Of a stretch of DNA of 64,000 nt, positions 50,659 through 64,000 are shown piece by piece. Positions within the stretch are counted from its first letter, which is position 1; each line of letters begins with the position of its first letter. Both the position numbers and the translations under genes were made by a program. The notes below the pieces were generated by a model that was given only the letters and a program-made list of their open reading frames with translations, was not told the DNA's origin and made no database searches. The stretch lies in contig JBHGNT010000016.1 in assembly GCA_043228905.1 (NCBI GenBank), positions 7,440,001 through 7,504,000 of the forward strand, written 5' to 3'. The DNA comes from Azolla caroliniana (lineage: Eukaryota; Plantae; Polypodiophyta).

Positions 50659-52338
50659 GGATGCATTGAACAAAAAAGGATTACATCAAGTAGAAATAAA
50701 GAGAACAAGTTTTTTATTTATATTACAATTTTGAATGATATCAATGCACCCATAGTTGATCACCAAACCTCGACATCGATGACCAAGACTAGACGTCCAT
50801 TATTGTGGTTGTAGAGGTCAATTCAATAAGCATTGATGGTTTCGAGATTAAGCATGTGTAGATTTTGGTAGTCACTATCATCATAAGGCAAGCACTTGTT
50901 ATTTCGAACCTTTTAATAAATAATAATATTGTTCGATACTCATAAAGGAGTTTTTGGTAGTCACCATCGTCACAAGGCAACTCCTTGTTATTTTGAACTT
51001 TTTTCATAAATAATAATATTGTTCGATAATCATAAAGAAGTTTTTAGCTAAAAACAACATACTTGCAATAATGAACATGTGATTTGAGAGACCATTTATA
51101 AAATAGCCAAATTGAGGAAGTTTACATATTGATATTTGAACACAAAAATAATTTTGAAAACAAAATATTGACTCTCATTCACACATAATTTGAATTTACA
51201 AACCATAGTATATGTTTATAGTAAAGAGCCTTCTAATTATGTTGAGATTTGGATTAGTAACTAAAATCACCTTCTAATAAACACTCTGAAACATTCTTGT
51301 GTAGCTTGGACACTACCAAACAATGGAAATATATTTTAAAAAGTTTGGGTATTGTCTATGAACATTTTATCATAAATTGTATGACATCCACCTATTTTGA
51401 CTTTAGAACCATAATTATATAAAAAGACAAATGGACTGTCGTTAGAATCTAATTCAATAATTTATTTTGTTTCCCACGAGTTATTAATTGGAATCAAACA
51501 ATGAACCTTACTTTATATGGCAATGATATACGCCAACATTTTGTTTCATATAAATTCATAATACCAATATTGGTTATTGATATTTCACAATATCCATTGT
51601 GATAAATTATAATGTGGTTGAAATTGATATCGAGATTCTTGATTAGTAGCAAATATCATCTTCAAATAAATTGAGCTTTCATTTGCCCTCCTTGCAATAT
51701 TTTTTGCACCTTTGAAGACTATCAAACTCTTACATGTTTTTAAAGTTAGGAGGTTGCACATTTTACCATAAATCATGCATGTTCACCTAATTTAACTTTA
51801 GAAACCCACTTTTAGAAAAAGACAAATGGCAGTGTTGTTAGAATAATATTCAATAATTTGGTTTCTTCCCTTAAAATCAAATACGGTAATGATATATATC
51901 AACTTTCCAATTTGATATAAACCCATAATACCAATGTCGGGCATTTATTGATCATCATTACATGGTTATTCTTTCATGTAAAATCAAGTAGGTGATATAA
52001 AGATAAAAAGTGTTAGTGTTAAATAGTTGTAAATGTATTATTGAAGAACCTTAATAATTCTCATATTTTAAGTTACACAAGTTAAACACATGACCATTTG
52101 GTCTCCGTTGGACAACCTTAATAGAGAGGACTTAAAAACAAAGAAAACATTCTATTGTTGTATGTCCTAGCCTTTGGTTATATGTGCAGATGATGGTGAA
52201 ACTATGCAACCCAATTTTAAACCCTGTTCATTTAGCTGATGAGAAGGTGCAAGAATGAGATTTATTTATGACCAAACATGTCATATGATCAACAAATAAA
52301 CAATATGGTTGGACACTAACTTCTGAAGCTAGGTGAAA

Positions 52339-52894
52339 TTAACAGATGTTGCATTAATAGATGGAAAATGCTAAAATCTCCATTACATCAACAATATTTG
52401 TTTTATGTTGAACATGAAATAAAAATGATCAAAAAAAAGTTCATGAGGTAAACAATGGTCAAATTATAACAATTATATATTATAAGGTTTCTCAACAGCT
52501 AACTGGATATTTCATTGTCCTAGTCATGTGCAAGGGAAGTTAACATATATCTAACACTGCTTTTGCATAATAATAAAACCCATCTGATAAGTATTTTTTA
52601 AAGCTTCATTGCCTCTTAACAGATGTTGCATAAATAGATGGAAAATGCTAAAATCTCCATTACATCAACAATATTTGTTTTATTTAGAACATGAAATAAA
52701 AATGATCAAAAAAAAGTTCATGAGGTAAACAATTGTCAAATTATAACAATTATATATTATACGAGGCAATGAAGCTTTAAAAAATACTTATCAGATGGGT
52801 TTTATTATTATGCAAAAGCAGTGTCAGATATATGTCAACTTCCCTTGCACATGACTAGGACAATGAAATATCCAGTTAGCTGTTGAGAAACCTT
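52339..52894. repeat. A-B-A-B' structure: direct repeat of about 145 bp interleaved with an inverted repeat of about 130 bp
   Basis: A: 52339-52483 and 52616-52761. B: 52484-52615, with its reverse complement at 52763-52894. Few mismatches. Confidence 0.92.
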
Positions 52895-53434
52895 TAGAAC
52901 ATGCACTCCCAATTTGATCAATATTACATTTGTGGGTCGTTTGCTGACATTCTACTGTCTTCTTAAAAAGATAAAAGAACAAGGTTTCTATCCTGTTTGG
53001 AAGCAATTGATAGAGAAGATGAGGAAAGGCTTCAGAGCTTGAACAATGAACAAGGTTATACAAGGGTGAACAAAATAATCTTCATCTAAACACACCATAC
53101 CGCGAGGATAGTACACAAGATGTGGATGATGATGACTCGGTTATCAATTTGAAAACATGACTTTATTAGACTCTGATATCTATTATTAGAGCTTACTAAT
53201 TGTGTTGCCTTCTGGTCGATTTTTTATAGAATTTATGATTTTGATGACATGCTGAAATTTTCTAAAAACATGTTACTTAATATTGTAAATTAATTATTTT
53301 AAAAATATCAAATTTTACATGTGTTACAAATGAATGATTCCAATAATTCTTTGCAGGTTTTCTTCATTCAAGAATTATTGAATGTATGTCAAACACAAAT
53401 GGTCCGTTCTATGTTGACATGTATACTTGGCTCA

Positions 53435-56400
53435 TTAATGAATGCATTTTTGCAAAAGAGACACAAACCACTGTTGTGTCCTGAAGTTCTGGAGATCGGG
53501 ATCTCCAGTTAAATCTGAGAGTGAAATACCACCCACATTCACTAACAAAGTTAATGCCTCTAAAGCATAAGCTTCTTGATTCAACAAAGCCGCAGCACAA
53601 GCAAGGTTAAAAACTACACCACACTGCTCTTCAAACTTCAGCTTGCAGCTTCCTGTAGAATTAATCACCAACCATGTTAGCAAACATTTGAACACCTTTG
53701 AAAGTATACATGTTTACCAACAGCAAAGAAGGGGATTAGTGGAGTAATATAACCCACATAGACATAGGCGCATAGCCATAGCTCAAGCTTTATTAATGAA
53801 CCATCAATCATTTTGATGTTATGTTTCAAATTCAGCTCTAGTGTAACGGTTTGTAATAAAAAAATAGACGTTTCTTAAAAGTGTAGACTAATCTTTTGAC
53901 CTTCACAAATGAAGAAATAAATTTCTAATTTTGTTCCTAGACATAGGAAAGGCAAAGCCAAAGAGATGAAAGCAATGCATGCATACATAGATACAGAGAT
54001 GCATAAATTTGCATATGTATAAATAATACATGCATGCCTCCATGCAGAGATAGAGACAAGCATCCATACATGCATGCATTGATACATACATATATCCATA
54101 CATGCATGGATATGGAGGTGCATGGATAGATGCATACATGCATGCATTCATATGCATACATACATGCTTAGATACATGCATGCATGCATGCATGCATAGA
54201 TACAAATACACATACATAAATCTACAGGACTAGGGTAAAATAATAATTACAAGATAAGAAAGTCTGGTCATGTTCTAGTGAGTTTGCAACATTAAGGAAA
54301 GATCAAGGTCATGCTGACTTTTCAGCTTCAACATCCCTATTAAAATTGTAGTTCGGCCATGTGCCATAAAACGTAAAAAGTGCCTATAGTGGCTTTGTTC
54401 ACACATATGAACACAAATGAAGCAATAAGAGTTTAATGGTAATTGCAACTTAAATCTCGGTTGCACACTCAAAGGGTTTGTTCAAATATTTGGACTCGTA
54501 CGAATCTCATCCTCATGCTTGCAACCGTGGAACTTGTCAACATGCAAAATGCCTATCAAGAAGAACTATTGGATTATAACGGTCATTGAAGCAACCAACA
54601 GTACTATCATTCTTATAGGTACAGACAATTGAACTTTCAAACATCTAGATCAATAAGTTACTAAGTGATTTGGACGATATCATTACTACCAAACATGTCA
54701 GCAATTCAGAGGAAATATACATCATTGTAGAAATATGGTATCTGTCAAATTAAGTTTTTGGAGTATGGGTAGGCAAGAAAACATACCAGCTTTCAAAATT
54801 TCAACAGCTTTGGTATATGTGCTCATGCTATGAACCAAATGTTCTTCAGCAACAGTAAACTTCCCGATATTCTGGGAAGATTTACCAGCTACAAAATGGG
54901 CTTCTGCTTTCCCGATTATAGCATCAAGGCATGTAGAATTAACATGTAATGCTATACCAAATCCTTCTTCCAATGCAATATTCAATAGTTCCAATGCTTG
55001 TAGGGGTGGAATCTTCTCAGCAAGAGCACAACATGCTTCACCTATGGCAATAAAAATGCTGACATCGGTAGGATGAATCTTTGCAGCTCCCCTCAATTTC
55101 TCTAATGCGTGTTCAAGGGCAGTCATTGACTCTGAAGATGAATCTGGATTCCTCTACAAGACAGACAAAAACATATCAGAGTGTCTGGGGGAGACCAGAG
55201 GATCATGCATTCAACTCCTTTACTCCAATTGTCTAATAAATTGTTGGAATACCAAAAGGTAAATGGATAAAAAAAACACCAAAAACTCTTAACTACCAGA
55301 ACACATCTATTTAATGCTACAGTTGGACCTGTTTTGATAAACATCCAAAAACTCCAGGGTATTTTGTCTTGTAGCCCATAAATAAATGTAGTTATCAAAC
55401 TTTGCCAAAAGCACGCATCTAAACCTCAGCAAACGATGCAAGGCCAGCCCCCCAGTTCTGTAGAAGCCCTGCCATATCATCACCAACACTTGCATTCCCT
55501 AGATTCCAAGCGCGTTCATACATCTGCAATCCCTTGCTATAGAAATCTTTTGCAACCCTCCATGCTTGAGATTCTGAACTCTCATGGCTTCTTTGCATTT
55601 CAACTTCTGCCCTTTTGATATTGCAATCACCATAGTTTGCAAGGAGTTCTATATCACTTGGAGTGACAGAGAGAGCAACAGAGTACCTATGATGCATAAA
55701 TCAATTCTAACCTCAGAATGTTCTTAACTTTCAAATGTTTTAGGTGATTGACAATGATAATGGACATACCGTGCATCCGCTTGCTTCAAAAGATCTAATG
55801 CTGCTGCTATCCCACCACCTTTCTCAGCTGGTAGCTCAAGTGTAACCTCAGCCCAGTCACATAAGGAACTGGCACTATTGATTAAAGCTTCCTGTTTAAA
55901 TTCGCTGGATTCTACTGACGCAACCTTCTCATACATGTCAAAACTCTTTCTACCAACAAAAAATAAAAACATTTAGCATCAGCAACAAGAATAAAGTAGC
56001 CCATAGAAAAACAGGCATCAGTCCAGTGATGTGAATTTTCAACATCTCCACATTCATTCATAGCACATCTCCACATTCATTCATAGATATCTGCATTATT
56101 AATATCACCCTTGCATTTTCATGTCAACCATTTCAAGCAATGTTTCTTGAAATTGAACATAGAAATCCTTATAAGCAGGTATTTTTAAAACAGTTATCAG
56201 CCCACATAATCAGTATTTGGAAAAGAACCGCAAAAATCAAAAATAATTTATCTTCAACTGAAATTTGAGAAATTGTTGATCTGAAAATTTATCAGTTGTG
56301 ACATTCAACATCTGCTGTCCATCAATATCGTCTGCTGTCCATCTAGAGACACATTAAGATATATGTGACATTCAGGACAACAAGATATATGTGACATTCA

Positions 56401-59400
56401 CCTTCCTATGGCCCTTTACACATTAATGCCTTTATATTCTATCAATTGCAACCTATGAACGCATATATCCATCAACCAGTTCTTTTGTTTGTCAAATGTC
56501 ATGTCAAGCAATAAGATAGTAACCAAAAAATGCTGAACCATACATCCTTTGAATGTATTTTCAGACATTTTTGTCATATCTTGCCATCTTATGTTCTAGT
56601 TAAATTTAAATGTGTGGTATATTTATCTTAGCTAGCATATTTTTATATTTCCAAAATATTTAAAAAAGAATCAGTAGTTCTGTTTCATTTTTCCATTTTG
56701 GCAAAGTTGAAACTCACTTCCTCTGGTTAGGTTTGCCTTGTTTCCCATCATACTTGCAAGTTGCAATCATGAAGGTGATTAAAATCGTTGAGTGCAGTGG
56801 GAGTTTCATCACCTTCACCAATACGTCAGGATATAAAATTGTGACCCAAAAACAGGACAACTTGCAAAGCTCTCCAATCAGCTTGATTAAGCATCTTGGA
56901 GTCTATAGCAGCCCAGAAGGTCCATCGAACATTGTGTCGAGGAATAAAATAGGTGGTCTGGGGGTATATTAACCACTTGTTTCAAAAAAAATTGCATCAG
57001 TGTAGTCTTGCAACATTGCATGGATAGGTTGGTATGTATGTTGCTCTGGTAAGGTGTCATGCATGGTTGATGTCTTGGCAGCACTGCCGATATATCATAA
57101 TGCCAGACCAAAAATCATCATTCAATGAAGAATATTTCTGAAGATTTTTGAAAACGTTTGGTTATCTCTAACATCAAGGTTTTTAAAATATTCAACTTAG
57201 GAATAATTCAATATTTACAAAAAAGAAATAAGTTAAATATTACAAAAAGTACAAGGGATTACTCAATATTTCTACTTTTATGGTTTCACAAGTTATAAAT
57301 TTGCCCAATCACCAGAAATTTTGTGAGTCTTTAAATTCTCCAAATTACCAACGCTTAAATGAGTTCATAAATTTGCTCAGATCCCTTCAAATATTTTTGA
57401 GAGTTCACCAATTTAATATTCACTTGATCATAATGGATTGCAAAAGCAACAAACACCATATAAATAATGGAACAATTTTAAACTATATGAACTATAGCAC
57501 AAAACTTACATTTATAGATAGAATATAATTACAATGTGCATGATCCATAACTTTAAATTCAAATGCTATTAATAGGTCTTCATCATTGATTCATTGACGC
57601 ACATAAGAGTACCTGTAAAGATTAGATGAACGTTGGGCAGCGTCCATTTGGATGTTCCATGCATCAGTCTTGTTAATTCGTCCACCAAAAATGCTCCCAA
57701 CCATCTCATACACACCCACTTGCACTGAGCTCGCCCATAAAGCATAGACCTCTCCCTAAATGAAAAGAATAAAGTAGGCGAAAGTATGAAAAATGTTAAT
57801 GCATTTACTCACTAACCCACCCAGGAACGTGGGCTAATCTTATCTATTTTGTCTTTCCATGAATTAAAAAAAATGGAAGCAAAGTATTGAGTCAAATTCA
57901 TAAAACAAGTTTCATCTGATAAAGCATCTGTAAATGTGAGCTAATCTAATCCATTGTCTCTTATAATGAGGCGTGAAAAAGCTGCACTCTATGTGAGTTA
58001 GCTCACAAAAGAAGAAAAAAAACAAGACATGGATTTGCCAACAATTCATTTGATGAAGCATCTGGAAATGTAACCTAATCTAATCCATTGTCTCTTATCA
58101 TGGAACCATAAAAAAAATTCACAAAACAACCAAGATATGGATTTTTCTATCATTCATTTGATAAAGCATAAAGGATGTGAGCTGATATATTATGTGGTTT
58201 GATTTGATACATAGAAAGTATGCGAGTTAATTAACGAAAGAACAAGATATAGGTTGATTTACTTACCAGATCAAAGAGAGCCTCTTCATGCTGAGGTGAA
58301 GAAGGGATGCTAAGAATTTGCAGAAGAAGCTGAGCGCATTCTGCAAAAAGGGAGCCTCTTGCTAGCCCTTCATCCTTCCTCTCTGCTTGCTTCTTTACTT
58401 TCTCTGCTTCTATAAAATAGAGACAGGTTTTAAGGTTAGTATTTAGTTGCTTTTTTAGGTTTCTATGACTTTGATATTAGAGTTTTGGGCAAAACTCTCT
58501 GAAATGGCCCTGAGATTTTTTTATTTCCCAAATGTCTCCGGGTTTCTATTAAATTTCAACAGAAATATCCCTGACCAGCCGCCGCCAAAAGAGAGCTCAA
58601 ATAGCACATATAATCGAGGAAAAGGGAACGAATTGGGACAAACAATACATGGCACGAATTCGGGGCATTCAGGGAAATATCATGGGCTAGAGGCAGTTAG
58701 GGAAATAAAAAAGGAGAATTCTGGGATACATATTTCCTATTTTTCCTTCAGGTGTTATTAAGGGGTCTTCTTTGGTTTTACGGGTTCAGCATGTTAAGTT
58801 TTAGGGGTTCTGCGATTCAGTGAACATTCGGAGGCCACTTATCAATCAGAGGTATTACTGTTGTTCAGTCGACAACAACTATTGTCGACACAGTATAAGT
58901 CAAACACTGCTCACCGAACGTTCTACCAATGAATTGTGGTTAGACGAATAGATACTAAAATGGCTGTAAACTTACCGATGTTAAACAGACATCGAGATCG
59001 CTATTTACGTAATAAAGTTATGACAGAAAAGAATAGATTGACATAGCGTTTCGTAGACAGAGATTTCCTAAACTAACTTTATATTACTAAATAAAATGAT
59101 AGCTCTTTACACTACCTTCGGTTCCTTTTATACTGCCACAAAATGGCAAGAACTACAAAATCTCTAACTAACTATAATTTCGGTTTTAATTTAATTCGGC
59201 AAAATGCTGACTCATCGATCCTCTATACCGATCCGATTCCGAACCTTCTACATTTCCGACTCCGACGCTTCCCCACTTGTCCGGGTAACAATTACGGTAG
59301 GTTTAGGGTTACAGTAAGAGTTAGAGAAAAAAAGGTTGAGTTTTTGAAAGTGATTGAAAGAATTACACAAAAACAACGAGGATACAGGAGAACAATCAGC

Positions 59401-59634
59401 CAGATACTAGGATTAGGGTATAGTGGGTTTAGAATTAGGGATTTAAAGAAGGGGGGGGGGGGGGGGGGGGGGGGCAATGGCGATTATAACTAAAAACAAG
59501 AAGCGGAGTGGAAATAGGAAAAGTGGCCACTTACCAGCGAGAAGTCTTGCTGCGGAGGAGGAGGAGGAGGAGGAAGTGGTCTTCTTGTTTCTACTGCTCC
59601 TGCTGCTGTTACGTTGAGTTGTGGGAGGTGCCAT
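53435..59634 (-). CDS. TPR-like alpha-helical repeat protein of unknown function, about 470 aa; exons 59634-59535, 58409-58267, 57755-57613, 55949-55770, 55686-55425, 55153-54787, 53652-53435
   Basis: Seven exons with GT..AG borders and consistent phases (total 1413 nt, open to the stop). TPR-like segments ALFDLGEVYALWA, LLANYGD, LLQNWGAGL, AIIGKAEAH. C-terminal FNLACAAALL...DPDLQNFR. Exon 1 is the least certain. Confidence 0.85.
53975..54218. repeat. Degenerate (ATGC/ATAC)n simple repeat in the last intron of the TPR gene
   Basis: Runs of CATG/CATA tetramers seen directly. Confidence 0.85.
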
Positions 59635-59644
59635 GGAGAACCTG

Positions 59645-59970
59645 ATTTAGGTTTAGGGTTAGGTTTAGGTTTAGGTGCAAAACCTGATTTCCAAATTCTG
59701 GGGCTATACATACATACACATACATATGTAATTGGTTCCAAATCTTAGTGCTATATGTACATACTATGTGTAATTGGGCCCACATCCAACACACTAACAC
59801 ATTCTCGGTTTAGGCTTAGGTGCAAAACTTTGACTTCCAAATTATATAGATAATAGGCCTATAATTGGCTCCAAATCTTTAGTGTTATGTGTAATTGTGC
59901 ACGGATCGAACACACAACACACTTTCGGGTTAGGGTTAGGTTTGCGTGCAAAACCTGACCTTCCGAATTC
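59645..59970. repeat. Roughly 2.3 diverged tandem copies of a 130-150 bp unit headed by telomere-like (T)TTAGG(G) motifs, upstream of the TPR start codon
   Basis: GTGCAAAAC..TGA.TTCC.AATT recurs near 59675, 59820 and 59946, each preceded by TTTAGG/TTAGGG runs. Confidence 0.7.
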
Positions 59971-61996
59971 GGGCACGGATCGAACACTCCCTTGTTTCGA
60001 TGTGGCATTGTTGATGGGGAGCACTCTGGTGACGAGAATTTCTTGCGCCTGTTCCTCCCCTTCTCTTTTGTCTGCCCTCGTGACCCGGCCCATGGCCTAG
60101 TATCAAGGCCAGGAGATAAGAACAAATGAAGAGGGGGGAACAAACAATCGTGTGGAAAAGGGTTGTTTGAGGTTGAGGAACACCATGTTAAGTGCATATA
60201 TATTCTTTTATAGCTTAGCCATAGAGACATCGCATAGCCTACATTACATGACAGATTGATTGCATTACTTTCACTTTCGTAATCGGGTCAAAGTCAACCC
60301 CTTTTAGATTATGTTGGTAGACCTTCTCCCATATATAACTATATTATAAACTTATCGCAAAATTGCACTTGGTTTTCACTTAATTATATTGCCTGTTTTT
60401 TATTTTAAATCTCCTTCCTATTCATAACGCCAATCTCTTTGAACTTCAAAATGGACAAAACATATATAAATTACAATATCGCTTATGTTCTCTATTTTGT
60501 TGGAAATACAGAATACATCCAAGTTTTTCGTACAATTATGTGGTTACGTGAAAATAGTCACCACCTTCATCGAAAGCTTTGAGAACGGCGATCAATTACA
60601 TGATAGCATGAGCTCCTCTCCCTTATCTTTGTTTCTTAACTTCATATGTTTGAGTCTCACATTAGTCAGACCTTTGCTCAAGTCTCTGGCATGAATCTTC
60701 TTGAACCAAAAGTTCAAGTGAATGTTGCGCTACTTTTTTTTATATTATTTTCAATTAAGCTTAGGACTAACATTGGCAAGGTAAACCATTTTTATTTGTT
60801 ACTTTAAATGTCCATACTCTCCCTTATCTAGAGTTTAGATGCTCCTATGTTTGTACATATATTAATGATGTTCCTAACCCTATGGTACATTAAGAGTGTT
60901 GCCTGAAATGTATACCTCCCATGAACATAGCCTGCTGGTCAAATTAAATTGGGCTTTTCAGTAGAAGTCGAAGTTTAAACAAGAGGATTCTAAAAAGTGT
61001 AATGCAAGATGTCTACAAGAAGATGTTATCTACCCTGATTTTTGCACCACATTGCAAGTCTACTCTAGAAATGATCGATTTCAAACTCAGGAAAGAAAGA
61101 CAATTTGCTTGAATATTTACTTTGACTTGAAATTGGATATTAGCAATATGCATTATATTATTATGTGTACATGTTATAGAAAAACACAACATTTCAATCT
61201 AAGCCTTAAATAGAAGCCTTTGTAACAAAACTAAACCTTCATGGATGGAAAATAAAAATAGTAGATGATATTGTACACTAAAAAAGAGTAATTTCCACAA
61301 CCAATTTACAAAAACAGGGCGAGATATCCACATGGGCACTGTGACCAGGAGATTCTAGAAGAACTCCTAAACACTGTTTAAAAAAACAGAAAAGAGGAGT
61401 AATAGCCATTGTAACAAATTTAAGAAAACATCGCAAGATATCCACATGGGCATTGTATCAAAGGGATTATAAAACAAATCTTTAAAACTGCTAAAAAAAT
61501 GAACATCAAGCTCACAAAGAAACCACATTTGAGACCCATAAATTACTCCAACCATTTGTATTCTTTAACGCACCTTTTATTACGTCATATTTCATTTTAG
61601 ATGCATCACAGAGAAAAGAACATTAAAATAGATGGACAAAATTATTTTGATGTTCTGTAGTATATACAAATTGATGTATTGTCTACAAAGCTCAAATGTG
61701 TTCCAAGTAGATCCTACTTTTTATTGGGCTGAAACAATAAATGGATCATCGCTAAAACATGAGACATCTCTTATTTGGCCGGCATGAATAATAATCTAGA
61801 ACTATCATTGGAAATCTCTTATGAGCTTTTTATTGACTTGACTGATGAATCATTTATATGTATCCAATCTATGTGCCATTGATTCATTCCCTATTGAATT
61901 AACTTTTTTCTTCTAAACTACATGAATCTCGATGTATGTATTTAGTATGGAGATTTGTAAGATTTATGCATCGCTTGGATATCATGCCCATTCACA

Positions 61997-62256
61997 TCAG
62001 GCCTTGAGAATCAGAGTGTTCACAAAATTGACTGTTGATTGATGATATGAATTCTCCTTCACGAAATGGCTACTGTGAGTATATCCTTCAGAGTCAGTGA
62101 CTGTTGTCATGTTATCAATAGGTGGAACAGCACGCCCATTGTGCTTAACTAAACTGCTGATTTCATTTGAGAGCTCCGTATCATCGACAAGAGATTCCAA
62201 CAATACATGCAATCCTACATGTAAATCAGAATGCAAATTAAAGAGTCAGTATATAT

Positions 62257-62308
<52 letters not shown>

Positions 62309-63596
62309 ACATGATAATGGCTGCACACATATATATTACTCATCCCACTTACGGAATCTCCAGTAATGCTTAGGATTAGTTGGGTCATTTATGCACTCTT
62401 CCTTCGCAGGGCGCTGTGCATACAATTCTTTCAGTGCTAGCATATCCTGGAGAAATGAATAAACATATAAGACATGAGAATAAATGGAAGCCGCAAAACT
62501 TCAGGCATCATTCTTTTCTTTGTTTTGCTCAGTTTGATTTATGAGACAACATCGTTGTACATAATCTTGGTTTTTGTTCATGGGGGTTGTGGGCATACAG
62601 CTATATATTACCTCTATACAGCCAAAAACTGCATAAAGATGGAAAACTTTCTTTCACAAAATGAATATCTACTTTCTAAATTCTAGCATGTTTTGGCTGC
62701 TACTATAGTCGTCAATTGAATTTCTGTTTGGGATATTTTTATGATTCATTTTACTGATTAGATTTCTGTGTCACTGTCTGTGTTTACCATATTGAATGTA
62801 TAACTCTGAAAATACTGTAACACATCATACCATTGTCAATTGTACACATACTGTATCATATTGAAAACTCATATCTTTTGTCTGTCTTTTACTCACTTTG
62901 ACAGAACAATATTAGCGATTAAAACATTATGGTCTTTTTGAGTGATAAAACATTTGTTTTCCTTCCTTTCCAGTTCTTAAAAGTGGTTTACCTGGAGAGG
63001 GAAGACGGCCCACATTGAAGGTGATTCCATATGTTGTTTAATGATTGCATAGACAACACTAGGTTCACACTTTGCTGGTGGTAAATCACCGAAGTTCAGG
63101 GCATTATGGAAGAATCTTACTCGCCGGTCTTCATCCTCTTCCCACCAAGCCCGTAGTGTGGAACTATCATGACATGATGGAGCGCAGACCTGGAAAAGTA
63201 AACTATACATGTCTTTTTAGCATATAAGATGATGTTATTCGTTAAACATGTAAGAACTATAAATATATATATTGGTTTTAGAAGATCAGACTTCTTCTTC
63301 ATCAGGAGGAGAAATAAAATGATTCTATCGCCCATCGGGGATAGACATAGCAAACCTTGGGATTGCTCAAATGAGAAGCAACGGAACCATCGTAGTATGT
63401 TTAGAAGGATGGTACATACCATATTACAGTGTTCCGGGAGGGAAATTTATATATACATAATCGTAAAAAAAATGTCTCTATTGTTAAAATCACAAACCGT
63501 TGTATATTCGTAGTCAGATGGCAGAGCAAATTCCACACTAGGGCTGCTTGGCATCCTCTGAATTCTGAGGCCCAATAATCCTAGATCTCGAAGAAC
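61997..63596 (-). CDS. DPE2: 4-alpha-glucanotransferase DPE2 (GH77), last four exons: 63596-63498, 63189-62992, 62446-62353, 62214-61997; rest of the gene lies beyond the window
   Basis: LGLLGLRIQRMPS, VCAPSCHDSSTLRAWWEED, HMESPSMWAVFPLQD and EECINDPTNPKHYWRFRLHV are recognisable DPE2 motifs. GT..AG borders with consistent phases. Confidence 0.93.
62256..62306. repeat. (ATTT)n microsatellite in the last DPE2 intron
   Basis: About 12 tandem ATTT units. Confidence 0.9.
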
Positions 63597-64000
63597 CTGG
63601 TGAAGAAAATTAGGGTTGAATTATGGAGCTTACTGAAGGCTAAATGTGCATCATAAACCAACAAGAAAGATAATATGCTCTCTAGGATAAAAGATACCCA
63701 TCGCTTGTATAAGCAAATACATGGAAACAGGCCCAGAACTGAATCATATGATCTCTTTATATCATACTCTCATTCATTTCTCTTTGTTTGGCTGATATGA
63801 AAACAAATATAACCCTGGTAGGATGAAATAAAACTCTGCTAATTATCCAATGAGTCACATGATCACATATTCACGACAATAAGAATCAATGTTTCACACA
63901 GATTGGATAGTCAATCTTGAGTAACATGCCATCTAATGCAAATGTCACGAATAAGTTTTGTTTTTGTTCTATTATGACATTGTTTTTTGTTCTCTCTGGA

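Noticed and set aside
50880-51945. Short diverged direct repeats (about 50885/50975 and 51420/51818; similarly 61323/61437)
   Set aside because: AT-rich local duplications with no termini, structure or coding signal.
53875-54217. His/Met/Cys-rich ORFs
   Set aside because: They are translations of the (ATGC/ATAC)n intronic repeat.
59640-59960. Telomerase RNA gene or snRNA-type promoter (CCCACATC near 59778 plus telomere-like motifs)
   Set aside because: The USE match is partial, no correctly spaced TATA box follows, and the motifs are explained by telo-boxes in a tandem duplication.

Overview
Eukaryotic, plant-type genomic DNA, most likely a non-seed land plant such as a fern (inferred from the retroelement families and gene style, not shown directly). 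About three quarters of the window is a nested, mostly decayed retrotransposon cluster. It holds several Ty1/copia elements (one complete with both LTRs and a TSD at 9053-14761), two chromodomain Ty3/gypsy elements (one complete at 17837-24852), solo LTRs, and two L1/Tx1-like LINE remnants, one split by a 20.8-kb nested block. Three host genes lie on the minus strand: a two-exon plastid polyphenol oxidase (5864-7825), a seven-exon TPR-like helical-repeat protein (53435-59634), and the last four exons of DPE2, a 4-alpha-glucanotransferase (61997-63596). The most unusual signal is a shared 3' architecture in four diverged copia lineages: two polypurine tracts separated by a variable-length spacer that usually keeps Pol in frame and ends at L/F-E-G-E/A-C-stop inside the LTR, plus a hairpin enclosing the functional PPT. 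Other notable signals are a tRNA-like Pol III A/B-box module at a chromovirus LTR tip, an array of five stem-loops in a chromovirus leader, inverted repeats flanking the PPO gene, and an A-B-A-B' foldback. All coordinates, alignments and mismatch counts were made by eye; no database searches were run.
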